Source of the DNA: Dicyema japonicum
Taxonomy: Eukaryota; Animalia; Dicyemida
Direction: 5' to 3'
DNA length: 64,000 nt
Assembly (NCBI GenBank): GCA_011109175.1
Contig: RDEW01000001.1
Span: 476,678 to 540,677 of the forward strand
The notes below the pieces were generated by a model. The model was given only the letters and a program-made list of their open reading frames with translations, made no database searches and had not been told where the DNA came from. A program made the position numbers and the translations under genes. Shown here piece by piece: positions 38,881 to 51,829 of the stretch. Position 1 is the first letter of the stretch, and every line of letters begins with the position of its first letter.

Positions 38881-40095
38881 TTATGTAATGTCCTTAGTTA
38901 GCTTATCGATTTAAGAGTCGGTGGGTGGGATAAGAAACTCAGATATTTTCACAGTCTTTGCATCTGTGGAATATAACTTAAAATGATAAACTTGTTTCAG
39001 ATATTTCGCAAGAAAATTCAATTATTCGATGTTTCTCCCTCGAGCCAGTTCAAGTATGTAGAACTTAAACTCATAGTTGCATGGACACACTTCTCGGTCC
39101 GATTTAAAATTGACTTACATAAATAACCTCAGTGGTGACATATAACCAGTTTTTGTTTTTTAAACCTATGTATATTTCTACTGATAGTAAAGAGTTTTTT
39201 CACTGAAGCCGTCAGTGATAAACTGGGAGACGGATTTGAGTTAAGTCGTGGTAAACTAATCTGCTGAAAAGTCGCACTGGAAGCTAGTATCGGTATAGTT
39301 GGAGAATCAACGTTAATGCAAGTCTCTCCAACATAGTGGATGTTATAGATACGTGCGGTAGTTAGATGAGTCATCTACATTTCCGTCTTTAGAATCGAAT
39401 CGCGGAATTCTTCCGAACTTTTGGAAGGAAGTGAATGTTAGGAAGTTATATAAACTTATTAACTAGACCAAAGAGACCTTCACAAGCACGAGTAAATCAA
39501 TGGACTTGTTCATATCATTTATAGTTAGGTCCATGATGTTCTATCTCTAATTATAGAAGATATCAACATGGTTAATAGTTAACTACTCAAATTAACAACA
39601 AAATGTGGATGCTAACTCACATAGTCTTATGTGGTCACTAAAATTATTATTAAAGAGTTGTCTTCAAGACGATTGATAAGTTATGCTTCCATCTAAGATC
39701 ATAAACAATATATTCATTTGGGAATTTGATTTCTAAGATCAGCTCTGGTTTCCCTCACCTACATTTATTTGATACCATACAAAGGTACTCTTCCAAATTC
39801 GAGTCATTTAACACCTCATCTTTTGTCATTATGGCAAAACCCAATAATTTAAGAGATCATTTGTGTCCCTCCGCCGTAGTTACTGCATGACTTTACAAGA
39901 ATGTCAACAAAACCGAACTATCTGATACGGTGATGTGTTACTCCTGCTTCCTGGCGACCACAAGATAGTCATCTCTTATCTTCTGTTCATTATTCAATAT
40001 AAGCGGCAGATACACCCTACTGGTCTCAGAGATCGTTTGCTTTTGGGTGTTATTTTTTATTACCTTCACTGTAAGGGATAAATAAATTAGACGAT

Positions 40096-40639
40096 AATTA
40101 TGTTATCGATATTTAAGCAACTTTAGCTATAAAGGTTAATATAAGTGACAACTTTAAGAGGTGATTGCTTACTACTTGTGGAGTCATTTATGGAAAGGTA
40201 GGTGATCCAAGATTTCCCATATTATTATCTTATAAATGATCTTTTTCGAGTTATACTAGCTGTTAGTAACCATTCATTATAATGTTTAACTCAAAAAGTA
40301 CAAAAATCTACTATCCCCTATTCCAAGAGATTACAGTTACCACATTTAGTGTCTCCTATGTTATATNTAATTATGTTATCGATATTTAAGCAACTTTAGC
40401 TATAAAGGTTAATATAAGTGACAACTTTAAGAGGTGATTGCTTACTACTTGTGGAGTCATTTATGGAAAGGTAGGTGATCCAAGATTCCCCATATTATTA
40501 TCTCATAAATGATCTTTTTCGAGTTATACTAGCTGTTAGTAACCATTCATTATAATGTTTAACTCAAAAAGTACAAAAATCTACTATCCCCTATTCCAAG
40601 AGATTACAGTTACCACATTTAGTGTCTCCTATGTTATAT
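40096..40639. repeat. ~270-bp duplication flanking n40367 (scaffolding overlap). Same pattern at n42838, n47018, n49234 and n63108.
   Basis: Near-identical direct copies meet exactly at a single n. Confidence 0.85.
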
Positions 40640-41364
40640 TATTATTTGAATATTAAGTATAAATCAAAAACCATCATCTTAGAAAGGAGACTCAAACAGT
40701 TCGAACTCGTTGTTATGGTCTTCCCGCCTACTTGAAGACCACACGATGAGCTTTCTTTGACTGCCTCTACTTTCACAATTGAATGACCTCTGGAAGCGTC
40801 CATTTAGGCCATCATATTTTTGCTAGACTGGAGTAAATAAAATAGAAATATCCACGACTGCATACAAAAAGGCTGCAATAACCAGACAAGTCAAGCTAAT
40901 CATTCATGAGCTAGGAATTTAATAAACAGGACATGGCATAAAACAAAAACACGTGAAAATATGTAGGAAGCAGAACATTTTTATGAATAAAGTCTGTTTT
41001 TATTACTGTGATTTCAAATTTTAGAAATAATTAAGGTAGGACACAAAGAAAAAATACATAATAATTGATCAAGTCACAGTTTATACAAACGCATAACACA
41101 AATTAAAAACATCCTTATAGACGTCAAGTAGGCTATTTCGTAGGAACCATCAATGAAGAATATCCCATGAGTACAAGATGAGAAATGGGCCTATTCCCTC
41201 GCAAACAATATTACATCACGTTAAACAAAAATGTAAATACATTGAAGCCTTTGACAAAGAGGAAATGAACCCATTTAGTTGTTTATGAAGATGTCCAAGG
41301 GAAAACGCAGATATAGTTAGTTAGTTAGTTAGAAACGCTAATAATATGAACAGAAAGGAAATTA

Positions 41365-41425
41365 TTATTATTACCCCCAAGATCACTGGGTCAAAGAGAA
41401 AGAAATTACAGAAAGTAAGGAATTT
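41365..41425 (-). mobile_element. Isolated Ingi/Vingi-like 3' end
   Basis: Reverse complement TTTCTTTCTCTTTGACCCAGTGATCTTGGGGGTAATAATAATAAT. Confidence 0.7.
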
Positions 41426-41543
41426 TCTGTAAATAATAGTTAATTTAAATTTATTAATTAAAATAAGAAAATAATAAAAATTAAAATTTTATTATGGTTA
41501 ACCTAAATTTAATAGAGAGACATACATGCTATTGACGTTAGCA

Positions 41544-42266
41544 ATGTCTAGTGGTCTTCGTCGCGTTGCACAAAATCCTATGGATGTCGACTTGGAAACC
41601 CTTATTCAGAATAAAAGGGGACGATTTAATTCACGGAGAGGGTTTTCACGGCAAAACATGCGAAATCAGTTCCCTCGTAACCGCGCATTCCCTTCCTACA
41701 ACTCCTCTCAAGTAAATCCGAGAAATGGTTCACTTCCAGCTTGACAGTCTGCCCTTTTGGAGGAAAGACAGATTCCAGAACATCAATGGATCGGGGACGA
41801 GTGGCTCTACCCAGATTATCGTCAGGAATCTCCATTACGGGGTCAACGAAGATGATTTAACTGTATTTTGACTCTCCTCACGTTTAGACCCTATTCTCAG
41901 AATTTGGACGTCTACTGAAAGTAGAGATTCATTACGACAGGGCAGGGAGATCCCTGGGGGAGGCACGTGTGCTGTTTGCTGACTCCGGTGACGCAACCTA
42001 TGCCTCTAAGAAATACAACGGAGTACCTTTGGATGGTTGGGTTTGGGTCATTAGTGTAGGGATGCCAATGACTATATCAGTGGGTGGAGAAGAGACTCAA
42101 AGAGATGGAGGATTCAGAAGGGGAGGCGGCCAGTTCAGGTTGGATTAGTCGGAAGAATGAATGAAATAGAAGGATGAGAAGAGGGAGAGGATTCGGGAAA
42201 CGGAACTTGACTGTTCAGCAATTGGATGCCCAGTTGGATGACTACAGGAATCAGGTTCTCTCTTAG
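41544..42266 (+). CDS. ALYREF: ALY/REF (THOC4) mRNA export adaptor; 4 introns (28, 25, 24, 31 nt)
   Basis: [16 protein letters not shown] ([18 protein letters not shown]...[12 protein letters not shown]...[10 protein letters not shown]), [17 protein letters not shown]. Introns at 41712-39, 41863-87, 42036-59, 42139-69. Start could be 41544 or 41580. Confidence 0.92.
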
Positions 42267-43170
42267 TGTTATTTGAGGCACCCACTATTTGATTAATTCA
42301 CTTGTCTTAGTTCCTTCCTTCCTTTTCTCTTTTTAGACTTTTGATTGTAATTTAATATATTAGGGTTTTTATTTGTTTAATAATGATATTTTTATTTATT
42401 AAGTAATTTTTTAACATCAAAATATTAACAATAAAAAAAAGCGGATTAAATTACGTAGTAAGCCTTTCCGTGGACAACTGCAATCCAAATTTTTTATTCA
42501 ATCATGCCGTTTACCGTACGTCTTTCTTACGATCAGGTAATTTCCCCTCAATTTACTTCAAGAACGAGGCTTCGATACTTCCGCAGCGCCTGACGTTTTT
42601 ATTAAGTGATTAATAGGAAGTTATGGTAGTTATCTCACTTCCTTTTACGATTTATGTTTTTCTAACAACGATGCCATGTGGGGATAAGTGATATAGGTCC
42701 TAAGGGAAAACAGACTTCCACTTGTCACGACTGCACCATGTTGGCTACAATGTGCTTACATATTTTTGATGGCAGTCGGATAGAAATCCTGATACAGTCT
42801 CTGATATAAAACTAGTTAATATGACCTTGGGTTTTCANGGTAGTTATCACACTTCCTTTTACGATTTATGTTTTTTTAACAACGATGTAATGTGGGGATA
42901 AGTGATATAGGTCCTAAGGGAAAACAGACTTCCAATTGTCACGACTGCACCATGTTGGCTACAATGTGCTTACATATTTTTGATGGAAGTCGGATAGAAA
43001 TCCTGATACAGTCTCTGATATAAAACTAGTTAATATGACCTTGGGTTTTCATGTCTTGGTTTACAATAACGTTATCAATATTTTGTCACTAGTTACATGT
43101 AACACTGGATTCAACAAATTGAATACATTAAGTGATCAATCTCTAATTTAAACAGCAGGGTAAAACCTTA

Positions 43171-46110
43171 ATGATATTAGTCTATCCCCTGCATTATCTG
43201 TGGAGAGGCAAACAAGAGGAAATATAGTATCCAATGTTCCCGTTGCCCAAATTTTGGACACCTTGGGTGCAACAAGCTGACAAGACAGACTGCTCAGTGT
43301 CTCCCAAGTTGGTCATGCCCCACATGCCTTGGGAACCCCACAAGGCAAAATGAACGGCTCTCTGGTTCAGTCCTGGACCTATCTAACACGGACGAATGTT
43401 TACGCCGCCTGAACCGGCTTGTATCAGAGAGGGTTATCCCACTCAGAATCCCAAAGTCGGTGCGCCTAGCAGCTGCCACGTGTCTCTCAAAACTAATTAC
43501 CAAAGCAGTCAGTGACAACACCCAAGAAGCTTGGATGCGCCTTCTCTGCTTTGCACCTCTTGTCCTCGGATCACATCCGACCGAACTGAAGGAACGGAAT
43601 GTCAAGTCAATCATCAAAAGGAACGTTTCTAAATACGAAAGTATCAACCTGGCGGATACACTGGAAAGCATTTCAACTGCTGTTGACTCACCCTTTTCAT
43701 CCAGAATCAAGAAAAGAGATCTTCGCAGATAAATAAACAAGAAGATCATGGTCGGGGACATTCAGGGAGCCCTACGTACACTCTCCAGCAGCGACAAGGT
43801 TCTTTCACCAAGCAAAAAAACCTTAGATCAGTTAGTCCAGAAACATCCGCCCGCACCAGCTGATCTACGTGACACGAAAATTCAAAAGGATGTCCCACAA
43901 CTAAATGCCACCCCTGATGATATTAAATGGGCTATTCGTGCATTCCCTGGAAGCAGCGGCGCCGGTCTGGACGGCCTACGCCCAAGCCACATAAAAGACC
44001 TCACCTCTGTAACAACCGTCGACACAAAGGACTCCCTCACCGTCTCATTGAATGCTCCTACGAACCACGTTTTTCGGGCAGATATCTCGGAGTATGCTCG
44101 AGAACTCCTCTTCGCTTCGAGGTTGGTAGCCTTCAAGAAGCCTTGCGGCGGGATAAGACCCATCGCCATTGGTAACGTCCTTAGGCGCCTATCGTCGAAG
44201 ATCTCTGCCAGAGGAGCCAGCAAGACTTTAAGTGCCGAAATTAGTCCTGTCCAACTCGGAGTTGGAGTACATAATGGATGTGAATCAGTAATACATTCAA
44301 TCCGGAATTTTGTTGCCAGCCCTCCTGACGCGCAGGATTCAATTATAGTCAAACTGGACATACGTAATGCATTCAATAGCATCCGAAAGGATAGAATCAT
44401 AGAAGATAGTGTCTCTAGGATTCCTGAGATCAGCAGGATGGTCAGACTCTCATATGGTTCCCCGTGTACGCTGATCTTCGGACAACACGCCATCAAGTCC
44501 AAGACTGGAGTCCAACAAGGAGACCCACTTGGCCCTCTACTCTTTGCTTTGGGAATCGACTGTGTATCATCTGCGATCAAAACTCCCTTGAACTTATGGT
44601 ACCTTGATGACGCGACCATTGGGGGGAGTTGGGAAATTGTTGTGGAAGAGGTTAAACGCGTCATCCCTGCCCTCGCGGCACTCGGACTGGAGCCGAATCC
44701 ATCGAAGTGCGAAGTTATTAACGTGACCTGTGGAGAGGACACCTTTGAACGCGCAATAACGACCATTTCTACTTGCCTCCAGGACATCAAAGTCACCCGA
44801 CTAGAAAAGGCGATTTTCCTCGGATCTCCTCTGTATGACATGTCAACTGTCCTGGAGGAGAAGAGTGAATCCGTACAGCTGCTCACGCACAATCTAAAGG
44901 CTTTGGACTCCCACATTTCTCTCTTCATCCTCAAGAATTTTCACCTTACACCACGACTCCTTTTTTTTCTACGGACATCCCCATGTTTCACAGACATGGA
45001 TTTCTTGAGAGTTATCGATGAGAAGCTGAGGACCTCTGTTGAAGAAACACTTAACATCTCTCTGGATAAAGCAGGGTGGACCCAATGCAAGTTACCACTT
45101 CGTTATGGAGGAATTGGGATACGCTCGCCACTTGAACTCGCCCTCCCAGCCTTTCTGTCTTCGACATATGCTTCCCGTGGTCTAGTTCACCAGATCCTAC
45201 GCTACATTAACGGATCGGACACTGAACCAATGGCATGCATGGCTCACGATGTTTGGATTGGACTTAATTTGGGACTCCCGAAGAACTTCAACAAACAACG
45301 AGACTGGAACGAACTTGTATGTTCGAGGACCATCGATGAGCTAAAACCACAACTCGACCAGCATCGTCTGGCTTGTCTGGCTACCGCATCAACAAACGTA
45401 AGTGGTGCATGGCTCAAAGCATTCCCGTGCATTTCACTCGGAACTTTTCTGGACGATGACTCCACGAGGATTGGGGTTTGCGTCCGCCTCGGAATCGATG
45501 TTTGCGCAATCCATCGCTGTAGATGTGGAGGAATAGTCGACGCGAAAGGACTCCACGCACTTTCCTGCCGAAGGAGCGCTGGAAGGAGCCTGAGACATAG
45601 TGCAATCAACAAGGTTATTGCGTGGGGACTAGAAGCTGCCGGATTCCCTGTCCAGATGGAGCCCCTAGGACTTGCCACGGCAAACAGAAGGCCGGATGGA
45701 GCGACTCTGTTCCCGTGGGATGCTGGGAAGTACCTGGCCTGGGATGCCACCTGCGTAGATAGCTTCTCCCCTTCCAATATTACAATGAGTGCGACAAATC
45801 CAGGCTCAGCTGCAGAGAAAGCAGAAATACTTAAAGCAAAGAAGTACACATGCCTCGGCGAGCAGTACACATTTGAACCAGTCGCAGTCGAAACTTCGGG
45901 AGTCATAGGAAGCAGGTCGTTAGCCCTGCTCAACAAAATTGGATCGTTAGTCGCTAAAAGGAGGAGGGATGTCAGAGAGAAGGGCTGGCTCATTGAGCGC
46001 ATCTCCTTACAGATCGTAAGGGGAAATGCGCTCTCAATCCTGAGAGCAGCCAGTAGCCTTTAACTATTTGGTTTTATTCTTCAATAAATTGTTATTATTT
46101 AAAAAAAATT
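43171..46110 (+). mobile_element. Near-intact CRE-like non-LTR retrotransposon: PHD finger, RT, CCHC knuckle, REL endonuclease
   Basis: One frame from 43190 to 46063 with a single TAA (43730-32). Motifs GLDGLRP, GIRPIAIG, QLGVG, KLDIRNAFN, GVQQGDPLGP, WYLDD, CRCG..HALSC, RPDG, KAKKY, AVET. Confidence 0.95.
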
Positions 46111-47789
46111 AATATGATGAAAACCAACCGAAGGCCGAGTTTTTTCTCAATTTCTACTGTTCTGCAGAGTCGGTATTTAGGCAGTCAGAATGAACAAAAA
46201 ATAAATAAAAACTTGAAACGGTAAATGATTGACGAACTTTTCGTCATAAACAAGAGATCTTCCATGTGAAAATGGAAATATAGTCATCTCATCATCACGC
46301 CCAGTGGGCTTTATTTGAAAGAAAACCTAATTGATTCCAACCAACGTTCGATTTGAAGGGGGATTTTTCCTAGGAATTTCCCAATACTTTTTCTGCAAGA
46401 AAGAGGATAAATCTCTTTTTGATAAAATATGGTCTCAACAACACATGTGAGGTTTACAAAATTCGAAGTAGACATGGAGGCAAATATTTTAACAAAGTTG
46501 TGACCTTCATTTAAACTGCCCGGATGCAAGCAAGGGAGTGCTGATTTAGGCTCTTCTTAGCACCATGAGGGAAGACTTGGAACAACTTCATGATTTATGC
46601 TGCAGTTTATCCACGAGAAAGTAGAAGTCAACTCCTTCCGACAGTGTGTGAGCTTTGGAAAGGCCTCGTCGAACGATATATCTAGAAATTACATAAAATA
46701 AATATGAAGTGCAACAATTATAACCGACCGAAGATTAGACCACCAATAGTAGTTAGAAGTTTAAATTGGGACTAACCGTGTCAGAATTGATCTAAAGATG
46801 TCAGAATTTTTGAAAACATGCATATGAATATAGTTATTTAGTGCAAACTCGAAATATGGGCATTAAACAACTTAAATCTTCAGGTCATGGAACCAAGATC
46901 CTATTCTTTTATAAATAGAGTACCCCCTTAGATTACCATCATGTTAATTAGTACCTGGCTGAATGTATGATGACATCGGATCTGACTGTCGTGGTTTTGA
47001 ATTCGAAAGATGGACTTNGAAGTTTAAATTGGGACTAACCGTGTCAGAATTGATCCAAAGATGTCAGAATTTTCGAAAGCATGCATATGAATATAGTTAT
47101 TTAGTGGAAACTCGAAATATGGGCATTAAACAACTTAACTCTCAGGTCATGGAACCAAGATCCTATTCTTTTATAAATAGAGTACCCCCTTAGATTACCA
47201 TCATGTTAATTAGTGCCTGGTTGAATGTATGATGACATCGGATCTAACTGTCGTGGTTTTGAATTCGATAGATGGACTTTTTAATGTTCAATTTTTGTCA
47301 ACTGAATCCTGTGTCCTTCTTTCATGACACATCGGTTGATCTTTTTACTTCCACTCTGACCAACTCAACTGGTTAAGATTTCCACCTTGAAAACTCTTCA
47401 GCACGAGAATAAAGGAAGTCTACAACGGTAGGAAGTGCGATGAAAATAGAAGACCGTGAGACCTAAATCTCCACTTCTCTTTGGAAGCCTGTAATGAATA
47501 TTGGGGGGTGGATCAGGTCGGCGAAACCAGACATTTCCATGGGTTCTTTCCTTGGATTAATTAGTTGGGACTGTTTTCCCTGGACTCACCAAATATTGTA
47601 AGCTTGGGGTTATAACTAATAATTGAGGATTAACTTAATGAATTGTGGCTTTCTCTAATGCCACTACTGATGAATTAAGATTATTATCTTTCAGGTGATC
47701 CAATTTCATCATAGACCAAACAATAATGAGACATTAAAGAGCACAGAGGCCATGCAATCATATTTTTCTGTGTTAAACAAAACAACGTA

Positions 47790-47975
47790 TCGAGGTCGAC
47801 AAAGAACTCACTTACATAAGAAGAAAGCTGAAAACAGCATAGGATATAGATGAGGGCAGTTGCGAGAAACAAGGGAAGATGGAAACGACTCACAGGGCGT
47901 ATCCAGAGATGCATGGCAGAAGTGGAATCTCAAATTAGTTAACTTTTCTGGTTCTGCGGACATTGCTAATATTAT
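47790..47975 (+). mobile_element. RTE-like 3' end
   Basis: AVARNKGRWKRLTGRIQRCMAEVESQIS*, then a short UTR and (TAT)n tail. Confidence 0.55.
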
Positions 47976-48810
47976 TATTATATCCCCGGGAACACAGGAA
48001 AGAGGAAAAAGTTATCGTCTAATTTAGTGTTCCCGGTGTCAGTGCGTCTTCTTTTGTTTCGACTTTGTCTGTAATCTTTTATGATCGTCCAAAAGGGGGA
48101 AGGTTTGATCATACTTCTGGTAGGCGAAAAACTCATCTTCGAGGCGGTTACCAGAAGATCGCACCATTTTCAAGAATTTTTGTTGTTCATACCGAGATGT
48201 TCCATAACTTTGTATGATCTCTAATTTGTTCCGCGTGGATATTGACAAGGGTGTAATCCAAGCCGTACATGCATGTTCCAGTGTCGGAAGAATACACTGT
48301 TTGTATAATAATTTGAGATGAGAAAGTGAAGATATTGGCGATCTAGCAAAGGTCTTGAGGATCCCCATCTTTTTTTGAACTTTTGAAATTATTGTGTCCA
48401 CATGATGTGTGAACGTCATCAACGGGTCATATGTAACTCCAAGGATTTGATGGGTTCTTATTAACTGGGATAAGCTCTCCATTCCAAGTTAATTTAGGAT
48501 CGAAGGATGTATGTTTCCTGTAGGAGGAGATAATCGCAGTGCTCGACTTCCCAGGGGATATTATCATGTGGTTTTTGAGGAACCATGGGTTCATAATGTC
48601 GAGGGTCTCCTGAACCCTTCGTGCAGTTTCTTTATAGTCTTGGTGTCTTACTACGACAATGAGATGGTCGGCATAAGATAGAAGAATGGTATTTTGGATG
48701 TTTGGATTTGGAAGGTCTCTTGTAAATAAATTGAACAAGGTTGGTGATAAAGAGGATCCTTGAGGGACCTCGTTGGGGAAATATCGTTGTCTTGATTTTC
48801 TATTATTCAT
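47975..48810 (-). mobile_element. Ingi/Vingi-like LINE, 3' third
   Basis: EVPQGSSLSPTLFNLF, SYADH, ILGVTYD, family-type 3' UTR and (TAA)n tail. Confidence 0.85.
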
Positions 48811-48814
48811 GACA

Positions 48815-50110
48815 ACTTGGGTACTTTTATCAGAAACTTACCTATTGGTCAGGGTACGGGACAAGTGCTCTAAACCATTTGAAACAACATCTGGGACACT
48901 TCAAGGGGATCAGTTATCTCCCATACTATTTGTCATATTCCTGGAAGCTGCATTGAGGGAGCTAAAACCATACTATAAAGCAAAAAATCGATGTGATGGC
49001 TTATGCGGATGAAGTGGATTTCATTTCTCTTGACATGAATGCTCTGAAAAGCCTATTGGAGGTGATGCCAAATAAACTTGCCGAGTGGTTCCTCAATGTA
49101 AATGTAAAAAAAACAGAATTGACTGAACTAGTCAGATAAAATGAACTAATTGATCTTGCGAAACGGAGTGGCCTTTGGATGCGATTGGTGCAAAGGGTGG
49201 CCGGCGCGGCACAAGGGAACCTTAATTGACTTTNTGCCAAATAAACTTGCCGAGTGGTTCCTCAATGTAAATGTAAAAAAACAGAATTGACTGAACTAGT
49301 CAGATAAAATGAACTAATTGATCTTGCGAAACGGAGTGGCCTTTGGATGCGATTGGTGCAAAGGGTGGCCGGCGCGACACAAGGGAACCTTAATTGACTT
49401 TTGTTTTTTTATGTGTTCTCGGCAGTGCTGATAATAATAATAAGTCAGATAAAAATCTAAGCTGGATGAACATTGGATAAAAGTAAAGAAACTCGGATCG
49501 TTATTGGGAGATGAAGAAGACGTAAATATGCTGAAAACACATGCAAACAGCCTAAAGGAAAATTGGCTAAAGCGTTGAGTGCACAAACACGGACACGTTT
49601 ATACAATTCACTGGTGAAGTCTATTCTCCTCTACAATGCCGGAACACGGAGACTTTCTGATACGGACAATCACAATCTAGAATCGTTCCATAGAGATCAA
49701 CTTCGTCGTACTCTAGCCTCGACATGGCATTCAAGACTCAGAAGCAAAATAGTTTACACTAGGACATCAAGCAAACCTATCTCACTAGAAATAACGGCAT
49801 GCAGGTGGAGACTATTCGGACACATTCCAAGAATGAATTTGGAGGCACCAGCAAATACTGCCATGGAGGACTATTTCGAAGCTGACGGACCTTGTTTCAG
49901 GGGACAGCCGAGAAATACTCTCCCGGTTACGCTGGATAGAGAACTTCGGAGAGTGGGGAAACTATTAAAAGACGGGGACTACCTTGACGCCTTACGTTGT
50001 CCAGGACAGGGGGAAATGAAAGAAATTAATAACTCTTATTGTTTCCTGTACTGCACAAGCTTTGTCATAACCCATTGCAAAGTGCTTAATAATAATTATA
50101 ATTCATTTAT
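48815..50110 (+). mobile_element. RTE-like LINE, 5'-truncated
   Basis: GTLQGDQLSPILF, YADE, NVKKTE, RLYNSLVKSILLYN, RWRLFGH, RGQPRNTLP. Confidence 0.85.
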
Positions 50111-50868
50111 GCATCTAATTTAACGTGGTGGTATGTGGTGCTATGTGGCTAGTTGGTCAATAATTATTTTCCCTCCGATGGCGTCATTAGATCTACCTTT
50201 CTGAGGAAACGCTCAATGCCTGGTCGGCATCAAGAGGATTCACCTATTTTTCCACGGGGACAATGTCGTCATCGGGAAACAAGTTCTGGAAAACTGGAAC
50301 GAGTCAGGATCAAGAAGTTAGTTTGGTTACCCCAGATCTTTGAAATAATTTTAATTTACCAATCCATCAAAGTTGATTCTGGTGATTAGGAACGTGGAGA
50401 AGGACTTATTCTAAGAGATCTATATACAGATAAAAACTCACATTTTAGTATCAAAATTATAATCATATTTTACTTTACAATAGCATTTTCCTACAAAATA
50501 ATAAGTTTAACTGATTAGCTTGAAACCTATTTCATATAGCCTTCTCCTCTAAAAGAGTATGTTTCACTAACTAAATAACCCTGCGAGTTTGTCAAAAATC
50601 AAAATTCTTATATAACTCAAAGAAATGCAACTATAATTGTGACTAATCCACATAACTCCCTTAATTATACTCCTCACAAACCTTATCTCATCTATTTGTA
50701 GTCTTTGTTTACTATTTCTCCTATTAGTTTATCGTCCTCTAATGATTAAAGCAGATACTGTAAATATATTATTAAAATTATTTCCGTCAATTGATTTGTT
50801 TGATTTAAGCTTTGAAGGTTGCGCATGATTTATAAATACCTGTTTTCGGATATTCCGACGAACTAGCA

Positions 50869-51753
50869 ATGAGTAAAGGTCACATCACACAAATCAACGA
50901 CAGCACAGAACAAGGTATAGGAAAACCAACTGGAGACCAGCACGAGGGACTCATGAACTTTAAAAGGGTCGTGAGAAACTTTGCTGGGAAAGTCAGAACC
51001 TCCAAACCTATTACTCAAAGCGGTATTAGAAATAACCAATTTAGACCGCAACATAAACCAGCTTGGTGGACTCTTCATGGCTGGACGGCCTCTCCCAATG
51101 GAGTCCCGTGAAAAAATAATAGAACTTCATTTGAGAGGGCAAAATGTATCTAAAATCTCCAAGAACCTTAAAATCTCACATGCTTGTGTGAGCAGAATAG
51201 TCAAAAGGTCAGTATTTCTTTCTTTTATTAAATATTCAATTTTGTTTACAATAGATTTCAAGAAGAAGGGTCTTTGCATCCACACAAGATTGGGGGATCA
51301 GCTCGTAGGGTCACAGTCGAAAAAATTGTGGAGGCAGTGAAGCGACTGAATAATGAGAATGTCCGACGGAATGATATTCAGAGCGAGTTATTGTCACAAC
51401 AAATATGCACAGAGGATAACCTACCCAGTCTGAGCAGTATCAACAGGCATGTGAGTTTGTAATTTGTAGAATTTTGAGAAACTATAAATCTGAGTTTCAG
51501 CCGAGTTCAGGAAAATCCAAAATCAGTAAGGAAAAAATATCACAGATCAGTGAAGATGATAAAGATTCAGTCAAACAGGAAAATAAAGAAGGACCGAAAG
51601 AATATAAATGCAATTTTTGCCGCCAATTTGAAGTTATTATTGATTTAATCTTAGATTTATCACAGATTTTTCGAAAATTATGGTCGTTTTATGGTTTATA
51701 ATGTAATTAATTTAAGTTTTATAATCTTCCATTTTATTATTTAGATCCCTTAA
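50869..51753 (+). CDS. Pax: Pax-family paired-domain transcription factor; no octapeptide or homeodomain seen
   Basis: NQLGGLF..GRPLP...ISHACVSRI.KR|FQEEGS..P..IGGS...LPSLSSINR|ILR. Introns at 51023-44, 51208-54 and 51447-69 (GC-AG) fall at conserved Pax positions. 3' end uncertain. Confidence 0.9.
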
Positions 51754-51829
51754 TCGCCCCCTACTTTCTCAGTTTTTGGCAAATTTGGAATAACAGTTAT
51801 TTTTGGCTTATTATCAGTGTTTCACGATG

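Noticed and set aside
41314-41331. (TTAG)n as a telomeric repeat
   Set aside because: Only four units, and TTAGTTAG normally follows the stop codon in the Vingi-like 3' UTRs.
43882-46002. Long minus-strand ORFs (350 and 252 aa) and similar antisense ORFs over other elements
   Set aside because: They are shadows of the RT/REL frame and have no independent motifs.
46300-47560. Ty3/Gypsy pol fragment or host gene
   Set aside because: Only a KGVLY...RILVP-like hint among many stops, partly inside a gap duplication. Not supportable.
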